Position numbers and translations under genes: made by a program | In this document: piece by piece, positions 26,697 through 40,318 of the stretch | Numbering within the stretch: the stretch's first letter is position 1 | How the letters are laid out: each line of letters starts with the position of its first letter | Assembly (NCBI GenBank): GCA_003971905.1 | Contig: RSEE01000003.1 | Coordinates: 372,001-436,000 of the forward strand | Source of the DNA: Moniliella sp. 'wahieum' | Taxonomy: Eukaryota | Length of the DNA: 64,000 nucleotides | Direction of reading: 5' to 3' | Notes under the pieces: generated by a model | What the model saw: only the letters and a program-made list of their open reading frames with translations | Database searches by the model: none | Told to the model about the DNA's origin: nothing

Positions 26697-26914
26697 GGCG
26701 TGGAAGCGTGCGGAGGGGAAGGAATGGCAAGAGAGGGCGTTTGAGGGGGGGACGGCGGATGACAGAGAACGGCGGCGCGTGTGGGGGACTATATATATGG
26801 GCCGCAACACAGCACAGCACATTGGCAACCATGGGTGTCTGATGCACTTGGTGGTGGCGGTGGCTGCAGCCGCAATGATTAATCGTCGACCATCGATGAC
26901 AATCACCGACCAGA

Positions 26915-29900
26915 TCTCAAGCCTCAAGCCTTCGAGCCGGGCTCGGCGCGCCCAGCGCTCACAGCGCTCAGGCGCTCAGGAGGGCTCACCGGCACCAGCG
27001 CTCAGGCTGAGCCCCCAGGGCCTTAGAGCAGCCCCGGCCTTAGGTCTCAGGAGGGCAGGCAGCCAAGTTCGCCGTGTCGCGATAGTTCAGCGGGTTCGGC
27101 CATGGCAGGTCCGCTGCTCTCCCAGTTGCAGCGACCAGACGCCAGCACCCAGCGACCCCATCTGGGCGCACAGCGCCGCCGACAGGAACGCGCCTCGGGG
27201 CAACGGAGCAAGTGTGAGATGCCCACCCAGGCCGGCACCGGGCTCGTGTGGGCAGGTGTCTGGCTCCTTATCGATTATCAGCGAATGTCTTACTGTTTTG
27301 AAACCTGTGGTTAACGCACGCCGCTTGAAGCTTGATTAGTGTCCCTGTGCCTTGGAATACACATTGATACTTCGCTTGGAGCGCGCTTTGCGCGCTTCTG
27401 TGGAACGCCTGCATCAGCCACGACACATCCTCATCAATCAGCCGGATCTCAAAACCTTCAGGCGCGTCAAGTAGAAAGCCTCGCTGACTAGCGACTAGGC
27501 GTTAGCTGTTAGTACTTAGTGACTAGTGGCATGTGACATGTGACACGTGGCAGTCACCGGTCACACAGATCACCGGTCACATGGTCACACCAGACCATTC
27601 ACGATGGTGTTTATTTACCCTTGCAACACCGCCAGCTGAGCGCGTATGGAGGAGGCGAGCGTACATTCATCGCATGCCGCGAAAGATACTTTACTGTTAC
27701 TGCAGCTGCAGGGGGGGGATGCAATATCCCCAGACGAATTTTTACCAGACTGCCTTGCTAGACAGACATGATAGGTTTTGTGGCGCTCAGGTATAATGAC
27801 CGTGACGCATGACGAAGTATTATACGAAGTGTCCTGCATGAAGCTTAGCGCTTGAAGCTTGAAGGACACTAGTCAAAACAGGAGACTCTCTCGTCTTATA
27901 TATCAACACTGAGCCGTTGAGCGTTGAGCGCTGTGGTGAGCTGAGACTTGAGGCTCAGTAGTGGCTGAGCCTAGTGCTCAGCGAGCGCTCAGAGCGCTCG
28001 CAGGTATCTCAGAGCGCCTCAGGGCAATCGGAACGTCGAGCCTTTGTGCCCCACCATTTAACCAATAAATATAGTCTCACAGCATCTCGCATCTCAGAAG
28101 AGGCGCCCAGAAAAATTAGAGGTGTCGAGGAGTTGTTGGGCGTTTTGAGCGGTCTACGCTCACGCGCTCACGCTTATTGCGCTTGACGTTTAACGCTCGA
28201 TACGTTCAACATCCAGTAGTTTTTTCGAACGGCAAGCAAGCCTTCTCTGATCCTGTGATTTCTATTCGTAGCACAGAGGCGACAGGGAACCCCACTCGGA
28301 TATGCTCTGTTGGGCGCTTATAGGGGGTTAGAGCACTTACTTCACTAGCAAATCCATGTCTCCTCAAGCTTCAAGCCTTTTTTATTGTCCCGTTTGCTCT
28401 TTCACTGCCTCTGTTCCAGGTTTATTGTGCGGGGACACATTTCTTGTGGTCAATCCGAAAATTCTGCATGGCAAGGCATCGCGTAGCCTGATGCGCTGCC
28501 GCAGAGCTCTTCTCTCTCTCTCTCTTCAAGCTTCAACGTTTGCAATGGCGGATGCAAATGTTACAGGTTACCCCGGGATGCAGATGGATGCATACCGGAG
28601 GGAGTGTTGCTTGTCCTCAGATCTCAGACTCGGATCTCATACAAGCATTTACTAGCTCAGTACTGACGCGTCACGCATCATGCATCGCACATCATGCATC
28701 ATGCATCATGCATCATGATGCATCATGCACCAAATCTCAAACATCAGTACTTCCTCAGGCCTCAGGCCCCTCAAGAGGTTAGAGACCCCAGGGAAGCGTC
28801 ACGCGTCACGTTCAACACGTTCAATGTTCGCTGCGCGTGCAGCGCTCTAGTTGCGCCGAGGAACAGAAGCCGCAATCGTAATAGCAATCTTAAAAGCTTA
28901 AATCCATAATCCGGCAATCATCTAATCGGGGAGCGCCTGGGTGGCTGCGGCCAGGGGCCAAACTGAGGGCGCAGATAAGGGTCAGGAACACGTACGCACC
29001 GACACTGCCCTTGTGGCATGTGGGTGAGTTCTCGTATATCACCGGTCCCCGACCACAGCTCCGACACTGTATGCATGAAGTGGAAAAAACACATCTATTT
29101 ATCCGGGCCTGGGGCGGCAGGGGGGCGTCTAGTGCCCTACGCCGGGGAAAAGCCCGCACTGGCCCAATGCCTCAGATGACGTATGCACTATGCCACATAG
29201 AAAACATCGGCAGGCATCATGCACCAGGCCTTCAGGCCTCAGGCCTCCAGGCCTGAGGTTGAGCGTGTTGAGCCTCAGGCCTCAGGAACTCCTGGGTAGG
29301 CTCGGGCAAGCGGGGCTCGATCGATGAGCGATGGTTCCACGTTCAACTGAACGTATCATTGTGCCGTATCCAGAGAGGGCGAACCGGTGAGGCGTTGAGC
29401 CAACAGTAGTCACGCGTCACGCGTCACGAGTATTCTAACCCATCCTCTCGTCACGCGTCATTATTATAAACCTCATCGAGAGCTTTTGGACCTTAAGCCT
29501 TCACGCTTTAACCTGCAGCCGCTCCCCGTTCAGGTCGCCGGTCAGATCACTGACGGTCACCTGAGCCCAGAGCCCTGGGGAAGCCTGGGGGAAGCACACT
29601 CTAATACCACCGTCACATTGTCGTCAGTGCTCACATGTCGCATGTCACAGGCGCTCAGGCCCCCAGGCTGAGTCCCCACAGCTTAATCTCCGAGAAATGA
29701 AGCTTGAAGCTCATGAAGCCATGAAGCTATTAAGGTGAAGCAGGTGAAGGTCGGAATGCTTGAAGCTTGGAAAATGTGCGGAGGCACTCTGAAGATGTGC
29801 AAGTGTTATAGTATCTTTTCGGCGGGTTAGGGGCCGCGGTCTGGCGCGGTCTGCGCGCTTGCGCTTATACTGCGTAATGGGCTGCTCATGCATCATGCAT
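26915..29900. repeat. Gene-free interval dense in TCA/TGA plus palindromic-tetramer repeats
   Basis: Units CATG (27534), CCGG (27554), AGCT (27853, 28364, 29698), GATC (28617), TGCA (28678-28728), GGCC (28755, 29232), CGCG (28798, 29410). Confidence 0.85.
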
Positions 29901-30799
29901 CCTGGACCTGCGCAGCAGGACCCCACATCGACAGTGCCGAGAGCCTGTCGCAAAGAACAGCCACTGCAGAGGAAAATATGCAGCAGCGTCATTACATCCA
30001 TCCATTCTGAGTAGATTGATGCAAAACACTAACGTATTGGTGTGGGATCGATCCGTAGGAGCGTATAGTAGCGCTATATAGGGTAACCCTGCACGGCCCT
30101 AGTTGTTCGGTGATGCGGCGGAAGAGTTCCGCTGGCAGGCTGCTGTAACAGTCGGGGCTAAACGAGGGAGACCAAGGTCCTGTCAGAGGCGGGGGGGGAA
30201 AGGCCAATCGCCTCTTTACCTTTATACCTGTCTTCTGAAGCCTGCTGTGCAGCTCATCTCGTAGAACCCTCCTTCCCCCCCAATTGCTTCCAAGTCGCAC
30301 TTGCTGTGAAGGAGAGAAGGAGAATGAAGGATGTGGTTCAGAAGAGCGGCGCAGGAGAGGCTATGAGAAAAGGGTGGGTGCAGTTGTCATCCTCATGATC
30401 AAGGGTCGCTTGATCCATATGTCATCGCCATTATTCACTACTCAATTTTGCACACTACTTACTTGGGTAAGGAGACGCTTGCCAAAATGGATACATGCGG
30501 CCTCCGATGAGCGTTTCCCAAACTGTCCCACAGTGATGGAACGAACACTCTCCAGAAAGAAAAGCGGAAGTTGCTACTGGTCGCGGATTATAGCTTACTA
30601 AATGTGGGGTTATGATGTTCTTGTCCAGAGCGCCATTTCTCTGACTGATGCGGAGCAGTGAATAACTGTGCATGTGTACTAACAAATGGGAATTGTGGCA
30701 AGAACATCGATGAGATAAAAAGAGGAGCGCTCCGTGAACATCAGGCCAGTCACTTCCTTTCGTACAGCATCTCCCACGAAGCTCCCACCAGGGGAGACA

Positions 30800-32056
30800 T
30801 CAAGACAAGTGGAAGCGGGCTTCGACCACACGCTCCAGCAAGGGCCAAATGGAATTCGAAGTCGTTCCTGCCAAGGAGACAACAACCAGCTGGTCAAACG
30901 GTACTGAAGCCAGGTCATGCTTCAGCTTTTGGATTATTGCCTTTTCATCCGCGGGGCTAGCTCCCGCGGGTGAAGCAATATCTTTGTTACTCAACACCCG
31001 TGCCGCCCCCCGTGCATAATGGGCCAATATAGGCTCGGTTAGCTGATGGAATGTTTCGAGACGCTTGCTGAACACCTCCGGCGTGTCGTCAGGCCGTTTG
31101 GAGAGGGGTTCGCCAGTCTCATCGTCTTTGCCGGGTACCTTCGGAGGGTTAAAAGTGAGATTGCTAAAGAGGCAAAAAGGGTCAGTGATGATCTTCGAAC
31201 AGAAGAAAAAATGGAGGGGGGGGCTAACAACTTACTACACACGGCCAGAGGGGATGTGGACCCATCGGTCTGGGACAAGAAAAGACATCGTGTCAGAACT
31301 TATGCCACGCAGGCGCAGAGCGGGATCACTCACCCTTGATACGGTCAAGAATAACGCTTGCAGGAACTTGAAGGTTAATCATCATATTGATGGGCTTGCG
31401 TCCCAACTCCAAGTTTTGATCCAATAATCCAGCTTGGGACAAGGTGCGAGGGAAACCATCCAGCATCCAGTTCTGCGTGGACGCGTAACTCGGTTTAGTA
31501 CACAATCCTTAAACGAAGATAAGTAACATACCTTGTTGTCCATCAAGTTGAGCTCAGATTGAACCAGATCAGCCATGATCTGGTCGGGCATCAGACCTTC
31601 GAGGGAAACAGTCAGCAGTGCGTCGGAAGGAGAAAGGGACAGCACATACCTCCTTGGTCAATGACCTGGGATGCTTGCTTTCCCAGCGGCGTGCCCGCTG
31701 AAATGTGATGGCGAAGCAGATCTCCAGCGGTAATGATAGATAGGTTCCCCACTTTCTTTTGCAGGCGGGCAGAGAGCGTGCCCTTTCCGGATCCGGGGCA
31801 GCCTACAATAAAGAGACGCATCTGGGAGGGGAACCGCGAAGGTTAGTGGTGCCCCCTGAGCCACAGCCACAGCTTCGGCTGCTGTTTTGGCTGCTACTTC
31901 AGACGATGTATGCACACCCAGCTTATGGGAGTGCGCGAGGGGAAGCTGGGGCACCTGGAGCTCCCGAGGTCGGCCACAGAGCAGGCTTGAGCTACATGTC
32001 GGGCGCCGGAGGGGTATCCTCATTGGGGGCCGCAGCAGCATCAGGCCGGGTGACAT
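30800..32056 (-). CDS. ADK2: Adenylate kinase, mitochondrial GTP:AMP phosphotransferase type
   Basis: MRLFIVGCPGSGKGT, ITAGDLLRHHI, LMPDQIM, WMLDGFPRT, DETGEPLSKRPDDTPEVFSKRL, GTTSNSIWP; several introns. Start uncertain. Confidence 0.85.
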
Positions 32057-32647
32057 GGAGGAAGGGAGCGAGAAGAGGAGGTGAGTGTGATGAGGAACGA
32101 CCGAAGTGAGGGCAGGGGCCAGGTGGGCTGGTAAGGGTATCCGGATGGTGGTGCTAAGCGACGTTGATCCGGGCGCGACAGCATGAGCGCGCTGAGCCGG
32201 CCAGATACATGGCAGCTTTGAAAGCGCGGTCCCGCTCGTCTCCGAAGACTGCTCCCATGCCGCCCTCCGGCATTCCGCTTCTAGCCAAGACACGACTCAC
32301 GCGAGCGTCGCTGCCAGCTTGGCTGCCGCCAATCAGCATCTCCGCTTGAGGAGCCCGGCAGACCTTGCCGATAGTCGCGGATGGATGATGACCTGACCAC
32401 CGGGAGCCAGAGCCACTGCCAGGCCTCCGGGCCGGGGCGCAATTGGGAGCCTGGCTAGCGATGCCTGCCGTTACGCGTTACGGCTGGGCCCACTCGGCCA
32501 CCATGTCAACAAGGAACGGTTATGCGCGCTGGGTGGAGGTGACATGTGACATGCGACAGAGGGCCTTCTCCCGTCTTACGTAACCATCGGCTTCGCAATT
32601 GTAGCCAGTCTTCACGGCACGCATCACCCCAACAATCATAGGCTCTT

Positions 32648-32725
32648 TTGAATTCATCATTGACAGAGCTTAAGGCTGGGACAGGGGAACGCTACGTCTA
32701 AACCGAACCGTTCATCTTGCGGGGG
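32648..32725 (-). mobile_element. 3'-terminal fragment (copy C) of the RLE element family
   Basis: Near-identical to the 3' end of the copy at 57766, including the TTGAATTCAT terminus. Confidence 0.8.
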
Positions 32726-33659
32726 AAAAAACGGGAAAAGGGGGCTCAGCGGGAACGTTCACCATATAAGTGCTAACCCTTCGATTACCCCTTTCTTTTA
32801 GAGGGCGATTCCAAGTACGGGACCTCACATTCCTATCATTTACAAACCTTGAGCAGGACAGTGGAAAAGTGCGTCCGCCAAGCACGTTTAATAACCTGTT
32901 CTTTTGCCGTGATGCGGTCAAAGAGAGGTGAAAGTGACAAGGCAATTATATGGTGGACTTGAAAGCGGTGAACCACTGCCTGTAGTTAGCGTTTTCTTCA
33001 CAAGCCCTCTCTTCTAGCCTATGTGTAGAAATATGTATCTCTTATCCTCTTGCGCCATCTCTCCCCCTCCTTCGCGATATAGAGCCGATTCCTCGATAGG
33101 CTTACCAGCCATCTTCCGTGCCACCCACTCTTCCTGCCTCTTCGCCTTCCGATTCTTCGCCCTTCACTTCAACTTATAGTCCTCATACCGAGCCCAGCAC
33201 AAACGCTTCTCTATTCCTGTCCTTTCAAAGGTTCTCACCCAATGGCTTTCCCATAGTAGTATGAAATACGTCCAGTTCTCCGCCCTCAACCGTCACTCGC
33301 GGCCATCCTCAGGGAGGTGTGTAAGTTTCTCCGATTCTCTCTGCTCTGCCACTGACAATGGGGAACGGTGTGTTAGGCGGGATGTTGAATACCATTGACA
33401 ATTATGCATGGTGTGGAATGGTGGACTATACATAGTATCGACTACAAAAGTTGTGGCTACTCCATTATAGGGACCATGACGGGGGAACGGTAGACGGACT
33501 TGTTGGGGCGATCCAGACATACAAAGCAGATAGACCCTAAACCAGCATCGCATATATATATGGCACTCAGACCAGGCGGTAGGTCCAGCTTTGTCCTCTC
33601 GTATTCGATAATGCATCATCATCATAATACAGTAGTATCTCTCCTTTTCTTAAGGCGTA

Positions 33660-34330
33660 CGCCCAGGGGGCGTGTCAGAATCACACCGTGCTAGGGGGGG
33701 CCCTTGCCCACTAGGCCCGTATGGACACTATGGCGTGATTCCTATCAGTTGGGAGATCCTGTGTCCACCTCTCGACTGTGCCCCTTCCTGAGGAGGTCAT
33801 ATACCTCCTCTGCGTCCATAGATGTATGCAATCCATCTGCACCCTTTCCCCCCATCTCCGTCTCCTGGCAGGGCGCCATGAATATTCAAGGTTACCCCTC
33901 CCTTTGTCAAACCGTCAGAAGGATATGTCACCTTTTGACATCAATAAGGACCACACTACGAAGGTTACATTTCACCTCCCACACCTTTAGTTATTGCCAC
34001 ACCCATTTTCTCTCTTGTCGAAAACCTCTCATACACCTCAAGTGCATCTGAAGGTATGCATCACAACTTGAGGGATTTGTCGGGCACAAAAGGAACTCAT
34101 GGTTGCGGATACTGGAAGCTGGTGCACAAAGAAACCGCGACACGTGTCAATTAAACCCCAGGAGAAAAGGAACCCACTGCATCCTCGACTGTTGGAAAGC
34201 AACCAGGATGCGACAAGAACCTCAATAATAAGTACATCGTACCAACAACATGGGCACTTGAGAACCGTTTTCCCTTGTGTTGTCATGACGACGCGCGGGT
34301 ATGAGTACTGTACCACCATCAGACGGCCAA
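33660..34330 (+). mobile_element. Possible decayed LTR-retrotransposon integrase fragments
   Basis: H-x5-H...K pattern (HTFSYCHTHFLSCRKPL) and CTKKPRH..KPQ...PL resemble the Gypsy integrase zinc-finger region; heavily degenerate. Confidence 0.2.
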
Positions 34331-35067
34331 CACATCATTGAACACTGTGTGGACCACAGGAGTTTCTGAGAAAAGTCTCATTGGAGATAGTATAATAGTC
34401 CATCTCGCCATCTCGCCCCTCTCGCATATCTACTGTCCTCATTCGTATCCACGCGCGCTGCTCTATATATATCCTGTTTGGAAGCGAATGGAGAAAGGGA
34501 GTCTGAGGGTCTCTTTGACCTGCTGGCGACGTCTCCTAACAGAGGGCTGGCACAAAAGCAAACAGAAGCATCAGAAGCCGGGCGAGTGTGTCTAATGCAG
34601 AGGGTGGGTGCAGTCGCGTGTTTGCATGGGATTAACGTTTAACACTACAGCAGTAGGATGCATTATGATTGAGATGGTCGCTGCTGTTGCTTTGGTCCAG
34701 CTGAGCGCAGGAGCGCGACGCTGATATAAACCATCGGATCTGCCGGATGAAGCCCGGATGTTCTACTAATAAGGACTTTTACATTCGGCTTTCCCGAGGA
34801 TGTAAGATGCATGATGGATGATGCGGGCGGTACAAGATAAGCGCTACAAGCGCATGCTGTTGTTTCTCGTTCCTACTTCTGGTTCCGAGCACCGTGTCCA
34901 GTGATTACGTACAACGAGCAGCTGCCAGGTGGGGAAGATGCCTCGGCCTTAGCCAAGATAGGCTGAGCCCCGAGTTCAGGGTTCAGGCTGAACGTTTTTA
35001 AGGCGGTGGCCTGTGCACTGCTCATCCATCCCCACCCCCACCCAACTTCTCTCGCCTGCGCTTGCGA

Positions 35068-37059
35068 ATGAAGCCCTTTACCCCTACTAAGGAGGCGTTG
35101 CCTCTCCTGCCCCAGCGGCAGCAGTTCCCGCTCGAGCTCATCGCCAAGGCTCAGCGTCCAAAGCCCTGCTGCTGACGCTCCTCCTGTTCGCCAGCACCTG
35201 CGTTCTGTCAATGGCCGCGCCGCTGAGCGCCTCCTCCGCTATGCCGACGGCGTGGACATCCTTCTCGCCGGTAAGGGCCCGTTCCCCACAGAGCTGTGCC
35301 CACAGCCCGAACGTTTCGTCAGCCCGATCGACAAGGTGCAGCTCCCCGACAACGACACATTAGCCCAGCGCCTATCTGCCGCGGTGCAGGTGCCGACATA
35401 TGTTTATGACAACTGGCCGAGCCCCGAGGAAGATCCTGCCCTGTGGGAGGGTCAGTTTGCACCCTTCCGTAAGCACCTCCATGCTACCTACCCGCGCATT
35501 CATGACAAACATGGTCCCATCACCCTTGAGCTGGTTCACGGCCACGGCCTCCTCTACACCTGGGCTGGCAAGGACAGCAGTCTGAAGCCACTCTTGCTTA
35601 TGGCTCACCAAGATGTGGTACCTGTTGACAACACAACGATCGATCAGTGGCGTTACCCTCCCTTTTCGGGCACCATTGACAAGACGAAGGGCGAGCCGGT
35701 CCTTTTTGGTCGCGGTTCCACCGACGCCAAAGCCTGGGTCATTTCGATTCTCAGCTCGATTGAGGCCTTGTTGGAGGCTCAGTACCAACCCGAGCGCACC
35801 GTGCTAATCTCATTTGGGTACGACGAGGAAGCGTCCGGAAAGTACGGCGCGTCTCATCTCGGCCCCTTCATTGCCGAACGCTATGGCCACCACGGCATTT
35901 CCATGATTGTTGACGAGGGCATGCCAGTTATGGGACCTGGATCTCTCAATCCGCTTGGCGCCACTCCGGTGGCTGCCCCTGCCTTGTCAGAAAAGGGACA
36001 GATGCAAACCAGCATCTCGGTTACCGCTCGCGGTGGCCACAGTTCCCTCCCTGATGAGCACACTGGCATTAGTGTCTTGGGCAGGCTGATCGCCGCCGTG
36101 GAAGACTCACCTGCGTTTGCGACACAAGTTCTGGGGACCCCAGACGATTCAGCTTACCGGCAGCTTCGGTGTGCTGCGACGGGAAGCAAACTGCCTTGGT
36201 CTATCAAGGGACTAATGCTCGAATTGGAGTGGGCTTTGGCTTCGCAACCAAACTACACAGGCGCAACTGACCGTTCCTGGCTCCAACGGGCCGCTGGGGT
36301 TGACAAGAGTTTGCTCCGTCAGGCGGCAAGGAAGCTGGGTTCCCGTCTCGACCTTTCTATGCAGGCTACAAAGCGTGTGGACAAGGCCCGTGCGGCCCTA
36401 GCCAAGGCGCTCAGTGTCGACCCCGTGCTGAGCCTATCGTTCCGCACCACCCGTACGGCCACTATCATTCATGGAGGACACAAGGTCAATGCGCTGCCCG
36501 AAACGAGTGAGGGGATTATTGACCATCGTATCGCTCCTCTCGATTCGGTGCCCAAGATCCAAAAGGGATACCAAGACGCTCTGGTACCTCTGGCTTGCTC
36601 TTTGGCAATTAACCTCACCGTTTTTGGAAAGGACTTTAACTCTTCTGCCTGCCCTGTGCCAAAGCCGGCGATTGCCCATGCAGTCGTCAAACCTTGGCTC
36701 GACTTCACACCCCTTGCGCCGGCCCCACCTACGCCTGCGACGCAAGCCGACGTTCCCTTTGCCTTGTTGGGATCCGTCATCCGCTCCGTATGGGACGAGC
36801 AGGCCGTTTCCCTGTACGGTGAGAACGTGACGGTCATTCCCACCGTGATGGGAGGCAACACGGACACGCGGTGGTACTGGGATGTGACCCACACATCTTC
36901 CGCTTTGGTCCTGCCAGCATCCGCGTCGATCCGTGGGCCGATCAGACGCCGCTGTCGGGCGTCCACACGGTCAATGAACACTATGTCATCGATGGCCTGG
37001 TCAAGGGCGTTCAGTTCTACAAGACGCTCATCATTGCCGCGAGCAAGGCGGAACTTTGA
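35068..37059 (+). CDS. CPS1: Gly-Xaa carboxypeptidase S (M20 peptidase)
   Basis: LKPLLLMAHQDVVPV, GRGSTDAK, SFGYDEE, VDEG, GGHSS, GGHKVNALPE, MGGNTDTRWYW, HTVNE; N-terminal TM segment. Confidence 0.92.
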
Positions 37060-37811
37060 GCCGAACGTGAGGCGTTCATACGTCTAAATGTGATGGTTGT
37101 GCCCTCAAAAGAATATGATGAAGATTGATGCATCTCTTCATCTCGTAACGTTGCTAAACATTTGCTTAGGTGCCAGGTTCAGGGCTAGAGACAGAATTAC
37201 AACGACTGGCACGACTCGGCTGAGGTACTAAGGCTTGTACACTGCCGTGGGCAGTGTACCCCACTAAATAGGAGGTATGGTTCTCGCGCGCTACGACTAT
37301 AGTCCAAAAGTGCCGCGCTCCAAGAGATCGGCACGTCAAGTCATGTCGCCCTACCTGCAATACGGAGACCACTGGAAACTTGACAGAACAACGGCATCTT
37401 CTGGCGACGCTAATGGCCTGCTTTTTGGATTCTCCTGTACAGAACCCGGACGGTTGGGGTGCAGCAGATGGGGCCTGGAGCAGCATGGGAGCCAGTATAG
37501 TACGGTTGGGCGTTATTGGATTGGCAGTGCTGCTGGCTCACAACCCATGGCCCTGAAATGTGAAAGGAGCCCCGTGTGTTTGAACATTTAACGTTTAACA
37601 GCGAGGCTGAGCTAATGGGTCGGGGCTTCTCGCCAGCCCGGGACAGTGTTGTGGGGCCTGCGTGTGCCCCAAGTGAGGTGCCTTTCGCTCGGCCGAGGCG
37701 GCTGTGCCCGTTCGAGACGCAGCTCTGCAAAACGCTCGCATCGACAAACAACTACCATCCTCGCCTGAACAGATCGCGTTTCGTGGCAGGCGGACAACCT
37801 CGGCGGCAAAT

Positions 37812-39254
37812 ATGGCGTCGCTGATTGCCATTGTCGACATTAAGGGCAAGTCGCTCATTCAGCGCTCCTATCGCGACGATGTGGCCGCCTCTGCCGTGGA
37901 GCGTTTCCTCCCTCTCCTGCTGGACCTTGAAGATGAGGCGGGCGGAAGCGCTGTGCCGCCCTGCTTCAGCAACGAAGGCATCAATTACATGTACATCCGA
38001 CACAACAATCTCTACTGTACGTTGATCTTTCTTTTTGACATGTTTTCAATCAGCTCACATACCTCTGGCTAGTGCTCGCCCTCTCCCGCAGGAACTCGAA
38101 CGCGTCCGAAATCATCGTCTTCCTCCACAAGCTCGCTTCGGTGCTCGAGGAGTACTTCAAAGAGCTCGAGGAAGAGTCGATCCGCGACAACTTTGTTGTC
38201 ATTTATGAGTTGCTTGACGAGATGATGGACTTTGGCTGCCCCCAGACCACCGAGTCGAAGATCCTTCAAGAGTACATTACCCAGGAATCGCACCAACTCG
38301 AAGTCCAGGCTCGCCCTCCCATTGCACTCACCAATGCTGTGTCGTGGCGATCGGAAGGGATCCGGTACCGCAAAAATGAAGTGTTCCTCGACGTCGTGGA
38401 GTCGGTCAACCTACTGGTCAATGCAAATGGCAATGTGGTGCGGTCCGAGATTCTGGGTGCTGTCAAAATGAAGTGCTATTTGAGTGGTATGCCGGAACTG
38501 CGCTTGGGGCTCAACGACAAGGCGATGTTCGAGTCAACGGGAAGGACAGCCCGGGGCAAGGCAGTGGAAATGGAGGATGTCAAGTTCCATCAGTGTGTTC
38601 GCCTGTCGCGTTTCGAGAACGACCGCACGATCAGTTTCATCCCACCTGACGGCGAATTCGAGCTCATGTCTTATCGTCTCTCAACGCAGGTTAAGCCTCT
38701 GATTTGGGCTGAGGCGTTGATTGAGCGCCACGAAGGAAGCCGAATTGAGTTTTGGTCAAGGTTAAGGCGCAGTTCAAACGCCGTTCTACGGCCAACAATG
38801 TGGAGGTTATCATCCCTGTGCCCGATGATGCCGACTCGCCCCGTTTCAAGGCAGGGGTGGGCTCAGTGAGCTATGCCCCGGAAAAATCGGCGATGATATG
38901 GAAGATTAAGCAGCTGGCAGGTGGGAAAGAGTTCTTGATGCGGGCTCACTTTGGTCTTCCCAGCGTGAAGAGCGAGGACACGATGGAGCGACGGCCGCCA
39001 CTGAGCGTCAAATTTGAGATTCCCTATTTCACTGTGTCGGGCATCCAGGTGCGGTACCTCAAAGTGGTGGAAAAATCGGATACCAAGCCCTGCGTACGTT
39101 ATTTCCCTTGTTTGCTGCTGGGCATGTTCCGAGTACTGACTTGCCTTGATCGTATACAGCATGGGTGCGTTACATTACCCAAAATGGCGAGTACGACTTG
39201 CGAACCCAATCGGAAAAGGGCCGGGATGTTCGCCTCACCCCGATTGATGGATGA
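37812..39254 (+). CDS. APM1: AP-1 adaptor complex mu subunit
   Basis: MASLIAIVDIKGKSLIQRSYRDD, EESIRDNFVVIYELLDEMMDFG, YRKNEVFLDVVESVN, KAQFKRRSTANNVE, VKFEIPYFTVSGIQVRYLK; two introns. Confidence 0.97.
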
Positions 39255-39389
39255 ACTACATTGGATATTGGAGATTACTGTGCGAACACCCTTCTATTCT
39301 GTGCTTGGACCCATACATACATATCATCCATTACCTGGATCGGGCATGCCCATCCCTGCATTGTCCGCTAGAGCTCGTAATCGCGTATT

Positions 39390-39930
39390 GCATCAAGGTC
39401 TATCTCGATGTAGTGGGACGGACAACATATTGGGAGTGCCGCATACCTAGTCCTAGTTGCTAGGTCATTCTCAGCCCTATTCCCTCACTCAATGCTCAAC
39501 CCACGCGCAACCCTGACCAAGCCTTGATGCTCGAACCCACGCAGTTGGTGTCGAGACTCGTCTCTTTCCAGTCCAAAGTTGGGTTGCATATTGTTTTCAA
39601 TGTGTAGGCCGCCATCAGCCAATACAAGTTCGGTAGCCCATGTGATGCGTGTGACGGCTACTACACTTGAGGTGCAGTGGCATCACCATAAATATTGTTA
39701 GTTTGCGCGTCGCCTACAAGGATGCACCCAACAGGCACTTTGACATGGAGCGCCGAACGATCCCATTCTTTTTGCGGCAACAAGGTCGATGTCAAAGATC
39801 ACAAGGTTAAAACTGGTGCAGTCATCTTCCACAGGAGAAGAGCCTGTACAGCACTTCGAAATCATGGCCAAGAACAACTACAAGAACTTGGAGAAGTGAC
39901 TTCTGTTATCTTGTGCTTTGCTGTTTTTTG
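39390..39930 (+). pseudogene. GSP1: Ran/GSP1 GTPase pseudogene
   Basis: Collinear decayed motifs GVE, FNV*AAISQYKFG...DGYY, YKDAPNRHFDMER, CGNKVDVKDHKVKTGAVIFHR, FEIMAKNNYKNLEK*; in-frame stops plus many missense changes. Confidence 0.85.
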
Positions 39931-40318
39931 CCAGAGACCTCCGATCCTGGCTAACAAAGTGCTCTTTATCTGTGGTCGTTCCCTCCTGCCGAGGTGGCAG
40001 CAAGATTATCTCCTTGGCGATAGTAGTTGAGCCCGTTGATAGACAAGTGTAGGCTCAAGTTAGGTGGCAAACCATGTGGAGTCATACATGCATAAGCTCA
40101 GTTAAGAGGTGATATCGCCGAGAAAGCGACAGCAAGATATGGGCGTCTTACGGCCCAACCCGTCCTGCGGGGGCTCAACTGCAAGAATTGCAAGATCATA
40201 GGTTGCGCAAGCTAATGAAGGCATCCCATATGACACAAGACGAATAGGACCCAAGCCAGCTGAGAGAGAGTAAGCTGGACGAGGCGAGATTGGAATAGCA
40301 AATGAGGATGCGACCCAT

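Noticed and set aside
30380..30790. CxC/KDZ transposon fragment downstream of ADK2
   Set aside because: The similarity is too faint and fragmented to support without an HMM search.
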